In this document: positions 37,533 through 44,628 of the stretch, piece after piece
How positions within the stretch are numbered: position 1 is the stretch's first letter
Layout of the letters: the number at the start of each line of letters is the position of its first letter
Source of the DNA: a virus
IMG/VR virus record: IMGVR_UViG_3300034418_012737
Span: 15,955 to 79,954 of that record
Direction: 5' to 3' (one strand)
DNA length: 64,000 nt
Made by a program: the position numbers and the translations under genes
The notes under the pieces: model-generated
The model's input: only the letters and a program-made list of their open reading frames with translations
What the model was told of the DNA's origin: nothing
Databases searched by the model: none

Positions 37533-38323
37533 ACATACTGTTTTAATAGATCAATATTTTTACATCCATGATATACCATTATGTCTGAAGTATTCAAAAT
37601 TCTAACATCAGTCATGCCTGGGTTGTTGTACATATTCTCATATTTTTCGCCAAATTCCATTAAATGAAAATAATACTTATTATGGGTTACTACATTAGCA
37701 TGACATTGACCCAAATTTAATTTTCCATTTACCCTACACAAAATTGAATTATATACTATTTCATCTCCTGCAGGGTAATTAGTGAAGTTTAATTTTTCAG
37801 TATAAGGAGAAGTTAAACACAATTTAGCCCATTTCTCAATAAAAGATTTACTTTCCTGCCCAAAGAGAACTACATTAGTTTGAGTATAGGTAAAATCATA
37901 ATTAGTTCCTAAAACATAATTTATTTTATTTACTAATCCTTTTTTCCAATTAGGTTCTAAATTACACGTATGATATGATGCTAGGGGTGTGATTAAAGTA
38001 GAAGCCTTACTTAAAAGTAAATCAGGATTAAATCTTTTTCCTATAATATGGTCGGTATCAAGGTAAAGCATACTTTCATCTTGAAAATCCTTTAAAGCTT
38101 GTAAAAGTATAGAGGGCTTAATTCTTCTAGCATGTTCAGGTTCACTTAATATCTCTAAAGGAATATATTTGTAAGTAACTTGGGGATGAGGGCTAGATAC
38201 CTCAAAATCTACAGTGTAAAGGGTAAACTGGTGTTTCTCAGTAAACCCTAATTTTTCTGCGGATTTAATTAAATACTCATAAGGAGCATATGCTTGTTTA
38301 TTACAAAAGGATATTATTCTCAT
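37529..38323 (-). CDS. Nucleotide-diphospho-sugar transferase (GT-A)
   Basis: IKP..L..AL, LYLDTD and GDE...N. Confidence 0.65.
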   Translation of the reverse strand: MRIISFCNKQAYAPYEYLIKSAEKLGFTEKHQFTLYTVDFEVSSPHPQVTYKYIPLEILSEPEHARRIKPSILLQALKDFQDESMLYLDTDHIIGKRFNPDLLLSKASTLITPLASYHTCNLEPNWKKGLVNKINYVLGTNYDFTYTQTNVVLFGQESKSFIEKWAKLCLTSPYTEKLNFTNYPAGDEIVYNSILCRVNGKLNLGQCHANVVTHNKYYFHLMEFGEKYENMYNNPGMTDVRILNTSDIMVYHGCKNIDLLKQYV

Positions 38324-38551
38324 GTTAAAGTCATTACTTCGGAATGATGGTAAAATTTACCCCTCTTAAAATCTGCTTTTTTAATCCTACGGCCTTTACC
38401 AGCATCAGCCCTTTGTACAAAGTAATAAGGTCCTTCTCTATCATCATAGGCTACTTGGTTAATTTCAGCAGTAACAATATAATCATTACCCTTACGTGAG
38501 TCTGGGACTCGAACTTGTTCAAACATTTTCATTTTATAACTTATTTAGTTG

Positions 38552-38631
38552 TACCTAAGGTGGGACTCGAACCCACAAGCCGAAGCACTAGTTCCTAAGA
38601 CTAGCGTGTATACCAATTCCACCACTTAGGC
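38552..38631 (-). tRNA. tRNA-Leu(UAG)
   Basis: Anticodon arm CTAGT-CTTAGGA-ACTAG; GGTTCGAGTCC. Confidence 0.95.
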
Positions 38632-38640
38632 ATATGACCC

Positions 38641-38865
38641 TTAATGGGTCATCTTAGCCTCAGGCTTAACAGCTGCAAGACTATCAAGTAGATCACTTAC
38701 AGTTGTAATTGAGTCTGTATTAAAAGGTATTTCTACACCTGTAGTATCCCATTGAAGGCTATCAGTTGCACAGCTGTCAGTCATGGGTGTGGTACAGCAC
38801 TCGTCTTCGGTTCCTCCACAAGAGGTAAGAGCAACAATTGCTCCAATAAAAAATAGTTGTTTCAT
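38641..38865 (-). CDS. Putative lipoprotein
   Basis: MKQLFFIGAIVALTS-C. Confidence 0.7.
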   Translation of the reverse strand: MKQLFFIGAIVALTSCGGTEDECCTTPMTDSCATDSLQWDTTGVEIPFNTDSITTVSDLLDSLAAVKPEAKMTH

Positions 38866-38881
38866 CGTTTTATGTTTAAAA

Positions 38882-39085
38882 TTATTGAACAGGAGAAAGA
38901 GGAGTACCAGTTGTTAAATCATTTCCTGGGGTTCCGTCCATGTCTAAGGAATCCTTAGGGGGGATTGGGGGAGTAGAGTCTGCAGGGACAGCATTAGGAG
39001 GGGGTGCAGGGACTGTGTGGGGGTTATCAAATCCACAAGATGCAAGTAGGATTGTAAATCCTATAGTAAAAAATAGTTGTTTCAT
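38882..39085 (-). CDS. Putative Pro-rich lipoprotein (start corrected to MKQLFF)
   Basis: MKQLFFTIGFTILLAS-C; 25-nt repeat shared with the previous gene start. Confidence 0.7.
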   Translation of the reverse strand: MKQLFFTIGFTILLASCGFDNPHTVPAPPPNAVPADSTPPIPPKDSLDMDGTPGNDLTTGTPLSPVQ

Positions 39086-39287
39086 CGTTTTGTATTTTGG
39101 TTTGTTAAAATGTACCATGGTGGTACGTCTGATTTCTTTTTTGGTAGTTTTCTAAATGTTTGTACTTCGGGATAATTATACCCTTCATGTAGTAATCTAA
39201 CTGTTTTATCTTTGGTATTAATGTTAAGAACCTCTCCTTGGACCTCCTCGCCAAATAGAAAGAAATTTATAATATCTCCTACTTTCA

Positions 39288-39503
39288 TTACCAATCCCTT
39301 TGACATTGCTTACGGGGGACCCTAGCATATCTAGTACGAATCCCATTGTTATAGGAATTACCTCTTCCACTATACCTCATATGAGAAAATTTTCCATCAT
39401 TAGTAAAAACAGCAGATTGGGTTCTGCTATTGTAATAATAAGGAGAACAACTTGACAATCCAAGGGCAATAAATAACCCCAATAAGTAACTTAAATATTT
39501 CAT
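39288..39503 (-). CDS. Putative lipoprotein
   Basis: MKYLSYLLGLFIALGLSS-C. Confidence 0.6.
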   Translation of the reverse strand: MKYLSYLLGLFIALGLSSCSPYYYNSRTQSAVFTNDGKFSHMRYSGRGNSYNNGIRTRYARVPRKQCQRDW

Positions 39504-39520
39504 TTTTCAATAAATATTAG

Positions 39521-39594
39521 TAGGAGATACTGGATTCGAACCAGTGACCTTTCGGATGTAAACCGAATGCTCTAACCAACTGAGCTAATCTCCC
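39521..39594 (-). tRNA. tRNA-Val(UAC)
   Basis: Anticodon arm TTCGG-TTTACAT-CCGAA. Confidence 0.95.
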
Positions 39595-39599
39595 AATTG

Positions 39600-39834
39600 C
39601 CCCAGCCAGCGCTGAGGACTTGTCCGTCTGGTATCTCGTCGGACCACTGAGATTCTATATTCTAGGCTATAGAAAACCTAGTCTCCCATATTAGACTAAG
39701 GGTTATTATGGGGTGATGTCTGTTCCCCTCTCTGACCCCAAATGTAGGCCAACTGGGAATCGAACCCAGAGACATCGACTACTAGAATACTGCCATATCC
39801 GTTCGCACTTTTACCCCTTTCCCCCTGGCAGGGG
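39600..39834 (-). ncRNA. Circularly permuted tRNA-like (tmRNA-like) RNA with pseudoknots
   Basis: T-arm and acceptor 3' strand precede the acceptor 5' strand and a tmRNA-type D-loop; three potential H-type pseudoknots; terminal helix. Confidence 0.7.
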
Positions 39835-39840
39835 AGAAAT

Positions 39841-39917
39841 TGGAGCCACTAGCAGGATTCGAACCCGCGACCTGCTGATTACAAATCAGCTGCTCTAGCC
39901 AACTGAGCTATAGTGGC
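39841..39917 (-). tRNA. tRNA-Thr(UGU), CCA encoded
   Basis: Anticodon arm GCTGA-TTTGTAA-TCAGC. Confidence 0.95.
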
Positions 39918-39937
39918 TGCATTCGCCTCACACGCTG

Positions 39938-40010
39938 TGATCCCGGTCGGGCTTGAACCGACGACCCTTCCCTTAAAAGGGGAATGCTCTACCAGCTGAG
40001 CTACGGGATC
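39938..40010 (-). tRNA. tRNA-Lys(UUU)
   Basis: Anticodon arm TTCCC-CTTTTAA-GGGAA. Confidence 0.95.
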
Positions 40011-40013
40011 AAT

Positions 40014-40362
40014 AAATGAAGGAATGGGTAAAGAGTTATTCAGGCTCTTAAGCGCGACAAGCAGGCGGTTGTATTGGTAAATCATAATGGCACAAGAGGA
40101 GTGTTAAACCCGCATCCCATTAATTATTTCACTTCATGGCTGCTAACCCCAATTGAAGTTCACAATATCGCTTAGTAGAATTTAGTTCCACTATCACACA
40201 ACCACACACTAAATAAGCCCACCTCAACGGTTCTCACCTCTCACTAGCGCTTGCTAGTGAGTGAAGCTACTTATCAGCATGTGTACTTTATCCCCCTAAA
40301 CAAGGGACACATTCAGTCATACCCCCCCGTGCGTGATCAGCGCGGTGGGGTTTCCTTCATTT
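40014..40362 (-). ncRNA. Unidentified structured RNA (~349 nt)
   Basis: 11-bp terminal helix AAATGAAGGAA/TTCCTTCATTT plus at least six internal helices; fills the gap between two tRNAs. Confidence 0.7.
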
Positions 40363-40363
40363 G

Positions 40364-40437
40364 TAGGAACGGCAGGAATCGAACCTGCGACCTCCAAGAT
40401 ATAAGCTTGATGCTCTAACCAATTGAGCTACGTTCCC
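40364..40437 (-). tRNA. tRNA-Ile(UAU)
   Basis: Anticodon arm TCAAG-CTTATAT-CTTGG; discriminator A73. Confidence 0.9.
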
Positions 40438-40511
40438 ATATTGGTGCGTCATTTTATTACGCAGTGACGTCATCAGCGAATGCTATTTATTTCAGTATGT
40501 AAAGAACCTAG

Positions 40512-40585
40512 TACTCCCTACAGGAGTCGAACCTGTGACCCACAGCTTAGAAGGCTGTTGCTCTATCCAGCTGAGCTAAGGGAGC
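40512..40585 (-). tRNA. tRNA-Arg(UCU)
   Basis: Anticodon arm ACAGC-CTTCTAA-GCTGT; A20 in the D-loop. Confidence 0.95.
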
Positions 40586-40593
40586 ATATTTTG

Positions 40594-40678
40594 TAGCGCT
40601 GGGGGGACTCGAACCCCCACGGACCTACGGTCCAACAGATTTTAAGTCTGTCGTGTCTACCACTTCCACCACAGCGCC
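40594..40678 (-). tRNA. tRNA-Leu(UAA)
   Basis: Anticodon arm ACAGA-CTTAAAA-TCTGT; long variable arm. Confidence 0.95.
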
Positions 40679-40790
40679 ATATTTTTATTTTTTAATGTAC
40701 TTAAAGTAATTGTAAATATTGATAGGAATACAAACCCCAACCACAACTACATAAATAATAATCCAAACCTGATCTGTCATTTCTCTGCCT

Positions 40791-40858
40791 TAACTTTACC
40801 CCATGAATATACGAACCGAATTTTCAAATCCCACATTTTGGGATGACTTTAAGATGAC
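40791..40858 (-). promoter_or_regulatory. Promoter cassette copy upstream of the tRNA/ncRNA cluster
   Basis: TGAATATACGAA-N27-ATGAC-N6-ATGAC. Confidence 0.85.
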
Positions 40859-41163
40859 CTTCTTCTTCCTTTTTTAGGCTCAATACCCAACTGCCTTTCC
40901 AATTCACGCAACTCACGGTTCCGCTTGACTTTTTCCTTACCAACAGCAACCTGCTGTTTGCTAGGGACTCGGTCCTCCATCTCACCACGGAACTCCCTCA
41001 TGAACTCCTCGCAGTCACGGCGGTCCATTTTTCCGCCATAACGTACTGCCTCTTTATAATGCCTAGCAACAGCTTCAGCATTTCCAGTAATCATAGCATA
41101 GGCTAGTTCAGCCATTCTACCATGGTAGTTCCGCTTACGGCGGCGATTGTTGTGATCACGCAT
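40849..41163 (-). CDS. Basic hypothetical protein
   Basis: Arg-rich termini. Confidence 0.5.
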   Translation of the reverse strand: MRDHNNRRRKRNYHGRMAELAYAMITGNAEAVARHYKEAVRYGGKMDRRDCEEFMREFRGEMEDRVPSKQQVAVGKEKVKRNRELRELERQLGIEPKKGRRRSS

Positions 41164-41584
41164 TTTTCAGTTCTTTAATATGTTTACACTCTCTAGTTTT
41201 CGATCTCCATACTCCTGGGCAGTTACAACTAAATGTAATTTTTCCAGTGGGTAAAGTCACCTTACGTGCCTCATAGGTAATATCAGGATTACTCTTAGAA
41301 GTAAACTCCATAACTACCATATTTGGCTCTTTTAGCTTAACCTCAGGACGTTCCCATTTAATGTCACTCAATTTGGTTTCAGGATGTACCTCTGTCCAAG
41401 TGGGCATAATGTATTTTTTACCATCCATCACTATAAGTGAGGGGGGCATCCAATCATGTTCATGCTCATATGTTAAGCGTTGTACATTCACAAACTTGTG
41501 TCCTTTAGGTTTATACTTAAATTGTGAAGAATCTTGTACTACCTCTCGGTATTTACCATCTTCCCAAATTTGAAAAATCGCCAT
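41156..41584 (-). CDS. SWIM zinc-finger protein
   Basis: SCNCPG......CKHI. Confidence 0.75.
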   Translation of the reverse strand: MAIFQIWEDGKYREVVQDSSQFKYKPKGHKFVNVQRLTYEHEHDWMPPSLIVMDGKKYIMPTWTEVHPETKLSDIKWERPEVKLKEPNMVVMEFTSKSNPDITYEARKVTLPTGKITFSCNCPGVWRSKTRECKHIKELKNA

Positions 41585-41982
41585 TGCTTAAACTTATTCC
41601 ATAAATATAAGAATAAATTTTTAGGCTTCCCCGGTTTTGCTATGACGATTTTATGACTGACTTCTTTATCTTCCTTTTCTAATTGGTCTTCTAAAGTAAC
41701 CATCATACACATCCCATTAAGCATCATGGGGTAATAAGCCGCTACAAAGGCTAGATCTTCATCAGACATAGCCTCCATAGCCTGCTTAGCTGTCACTATT
41801 TGGGGGTCAACGCTTACCACGCTTACCACTGTAGTAATCTTCCAAGTCCTCTTCATCAGGAGGAAGGTAACCTGGTTTTTTGGGTTTTTTCTTCTTGCGC
41901 TCCTTATAAGCGGGAGACTCATGTTCCATAAAACGATCCCATTTTTGGAACGCATCTAACCTTTGGTGTGGGCTATTTTTGC

Positions 41983-42123
41983 TCATCGTCCTTGACCTTT
42001 ATAGGCTTTTTTATAGTTTTTAGAATTTTTACTTTTGCTGGTTTTTGTTTTAGCGTGAACACCAGGGCGGCTCACTTTGTTAATGCTAGGGGCAAAGTCT
42101 AATGCTCCAGTTTTTTTAGCCAT
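41983..42123 (-). CDS. Small basic protein (46 aa, not in the ORF track)
   Basis: MAKK...RPGVHAKTKTSK.K.SKNYKK.YKGQGR. Confidence 0.6.
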   Translation of the reverse strand: MAKKTGALDFAPSINKVSRPGVHAKTKTSKSKNSKNYKKAYKGQGR

Positions 42124-42442
42124 TTTTTAATTTTAAATAGTTTATCGCTTCAGTTATTTTAATACAATCTTCGTATTCTTCTTCACGCTCATAATGAGCT
42201 AAGTTTGTTTCTAAGATATCAATAAATTCATCGGTTTCCATTGATAATGTATAAATAGCTCCTTCTTCCTCTACTTCTACTTCAAAAACAGGAATTTGTT
42301 TTTTCTTAGTGTCTAAGTTATTTAATACTTTTTCTACAATTCCTTTAGCAAGCATAAAATCTTTAGTTTTAGCCATATTAAGGAATTCTTCATACGTTCC
42401 TACCTTTATGTGTTTCACGTACGGCATATCAAAATAGATCAA
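42116..42442 (-). CDS. Hypothetical protein with C-terminal UVR-like motif
   Basis: LAHYEREEEYEDCIKI. Confidence 0.6.
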   Translation of the reverse strand: MIYFDMPYVKHIKVGTYEEFLNMAKTKDFMLAKGIVEKVLNNLDTKKKQIPVFEVEVEEEGAIYTLSMETDEFIDILETNLAHYEREEEYEDCIKITEAINYLKLKNG

Positions 42443-42570
42443 GGTAATCTCCTTTTATTTGTTTTGACTTGAATTTAAGCATCTTTTCGTCATTCTCCAA
42501 ACTTTTTGTCGCAAGCTTTTCAAGATGTTTACGTTTTTGTCCATCGTAATCGTCTACTAATTTTTGATGC

Positions 42571-43278
42571 TTACGCTTTTTCATACTTAAAGTATTTTAT
42601 AGTAAAATTACTAAGTGGTATTTCTGAATAGGGCATATCTTGTGTGACATGGTTGTTTATTACAACATTCATTTTAGTATTATTTACCTGTTTCATTACA
42701 ACTGGGTCACTTACTACACGGACTAATCTGTCATTGTAATAAAACTTTAATGAGTCTAAGCTCCAATTTAATTTGTACTTTAAGAAGTGTTTTGTGGGAT
42801 CTTTAAAGCCCATAAAATGACTTTTAGGTCCCCACATTTTATTTTTACCCCCTTCAGAGTAGTGCACATTTGTATCTATATGCCTACAAGCCCAAGGTTT
42901 GTTCCAATTAAACCTATGATAATTTGGTTTTTTATGAGAATAACCTTCAAATATATCAATTTCAGGGGGCCAACTGTCCCAACTCCACATCCAAAAAGCA
43001 GGCCATAAGTTCTTACCATATGGTAATTTAGCTTTTATTTCAAATATGCCAGGACCAAATTCAGTAGCACATGATACCAAACCTACACCTACTTTAGGTC
43101 TAATTCCTAATTCTTTAAATTCCTTAGGATTATATTGGGTTTTTAAATTTAAGTAGTTTTTTAATGTAATTTCAACAGCACTAGGATCATACCAACAATA
43201 AGGCTTATCCTTGTGTACCTGTCCCCACCTTTCTTGGGTTAACCATTTATATCCTGACCATTCTATTATTTTACTCAT
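42571..43278 (-). CDS. Glycoside hydrolase family 16
   Basis: LWPAFWM...WPPEIDIFE catalytic motif. Confidence 0.88.
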   Translation of the reverse strand: MSKIIEWSGYKWLTQERWGQVHKDKPYCWYDPSAVEITLKNYLNLKTQYNPKEFKELGIRPKVGVGLVSCATEFGPGIFEIKAKLPYGKNLWPAFWMWSWDSWPPEIDIFEGYSHKKPNYHRFNWNKPWACRHIDTNVHYSEGGKNKMWGPKSHFMGFKDPTKHFLKYKLNWSLDSLKFYYNDRLVRVVSDPVVMKQVNNTKMNVVINNHVTQDMPYSEIPLSNFTIKYFKYEKA

Positions 43279-43901
43279 ATCCTTGATATCAAGTCTAGTT
43301 CATCTTTATCTTCTAAACCTAGTTCTTTTAAGCGTTGGAGGTGGTAATCATCAATTTCCCAATTTACTTGACCTTCATTAACTGGTTTGTATTCCTCCAT
43401 TGTTTGGATCTGTTTGTCACTAAATATGTCCCCAACTGTTAAAAAGTAACAATTATAACAAAGGAGTTCTACGTTATCTAATTTATAGTTTTTTTTATTA
43501 TCGTCTTTAAAGTTCATTATTAATGGAACTTTGTAATCTAATACCCTGCGTTCATTAAATGAGCAATTTGAACAACAATCCTCTAAATAACCCTCTCCTA
43601 TCATTCTCTCACGAATTTTAGCAGCAGAAAAATGAGAACTATCAACTCTACCTTCTATAATGTCTAATACAGCAGGTTGTTTTACACTACCATTTAAAAA
43701 CTTAGGTATACCTTTACCTGCTTGATTTTTATGTTGTTCAAATAGGTCTGGGTAGCCTTCTTCAGTGGCCTCATAGTTTTTAGCCCATTTTTTGTAGTGA
43801 ATGTAGGAAACACCTAAGTAACGAGCAGCTGCACGATTAGACATAGTCTTATTCATAGCTGCTTGTATCTGTTGTTTACTTAGGGGTTTTGCCTTGGGCA
43901 T
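43275..43901 (-). CDS. HTH plus HNH-like zinc-binding protein
   Basis: AAARYLGVSY..YKK HTH; CSNC...N..LDN...LCYNC. Confidence 0.65.
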   Translation of the reverse strand: MPKAKPLSKQQIQAAMNKTMSNRAAARYLGVSYIHYKKWAKNYEATEEGYPDLFEQHKNQAGKGIPKFLNGSVKQPAVLDIIEGRVDSSHFSAAKIRERMIGEGYLEDCCSNCSFNERRVLDYKVPLIMNFKDDNKKNYKLDNVELLCYNCYFLTVGDIFSDKQIQTMEEYKPVNEGQVNWEIDDYHLQRLKELGLEDKDELDLISRI

Positions 43902-44304
43902 TTTTATCTATTTTTATTTTTAGGTCTACTAAGTATTCCCACAATTCTTCTTTAGTATTAAACATATGTTCAACACCCTCATCATCTAAAAATGGTACTA
44001 CTCGTTTATTATCGTCAAATCTTGTGTATACATAAAACAATATTGCTTCAGCAGCAACAGGTTCAAAGCAAAAATGAACTAGGCTTTCTATAACTTGAAA
44101 GTAAATATCATCAATTGTTGATATATCTATTTTAAATTCGTCGTATAATTTGTGTTGACGTTGCCAAGCTTCTTCAAATAAATCTATTATACGACTAAAC
44201 TCGTTTTTTATTTTAGTTTCTGCATCCTCTTTATCACTAGTAAAGTGAATAGTAGTCCCTAAAATAGATTCAAGTATTTCCTTTATTTCTCTTTTCTGCC
44301 CCAT
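43876..44304 (-). CDS. Hypothetical protein
   Basis: ORF in operon. Confidence 0.55.
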   Translation of the reverse strand: MGQKREIKEILESILGTTIHFTSDKEDAETKIKNEFSRIIDLFEEAWQRQHKLYDEFKIDISTIDDIYFQVIESLVHFCFEPVAAEAILFYVYTRFDDNKRVVPFLDDEGVEHMFNTKEELWEYLVDLKIKIDKNAQGKTPK

Positions 44305-44617
44305 TAACCTTTTGTTTTAACCTAACCAATTCAGCACACTTATCATAATCTTCTTGTTTTTCGTAAAACTTAATAACTCCTTCAATAGCAGCTTTAAAAT
44401 TACGTCTATAAATAGTTACCGAACATTCTAAGTTAGGTATATAAATTATCTTAGCTGTGGTAGAACTAGATTCTAGTGCTTCCTCTATCCCACTTACAAC
44501 TTCATCAAATAATAGCTTGTGGAAATCCTCAGATTCAGTTAGTATATCTAAATCTTCTTTATCATCATAAAGTATTTCCACAGCAAGGATTTCACGTTTT
44601 TTTATTTCCTTATCCAT
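44270..44617 (-). CDS. Hypothetical protein with C-terminal UVR-like motif
   Basis: IKFYEKQEDYDKCAELVRL. Confidence 0.6.
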   Translation of the reverse strand: MDKEIKKREILAVEILYDDKEDLDILTESEDFHKLLFDEVVSGIEEALESSSTTAKIIYIPNLECSVTIYRRNFKAAIEGVIKFYEKQEDYDKCAELVRLKQKVNGAEKRNKGNT

Positions 44618-44628
44618 GATTATAAATA

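Noticed and set aside
39745-39836. A conventional tRNA ending at 39745
   Set aside because: No acceptor 5' strand, D-arm or anticodon arm lies upstream of the T-arm; the complementary strand lies downstream
39713-40085. ORFs 39713-39898 (+) and 39879-40085 (-)
   Set aside because: They overlap clear tRNA genes and the structured RNAs
40014-40362. RNase P RNA identity for the 349-nt element
   Set aside because: The size fits, but no proper GAGGAAAGUCC or matching P4 partner was found, only loose resemblance
23650-40858. Repeated ATGAC/TATACGAA elements as a CRISPR array or integron attC sites
   Set aside because: They are hundreds to thousands of bp apart, degenerate and positioned like promoters; no cas operon or integrase is present, and the Cas4-like nuclease is a common stand-alone phage gene
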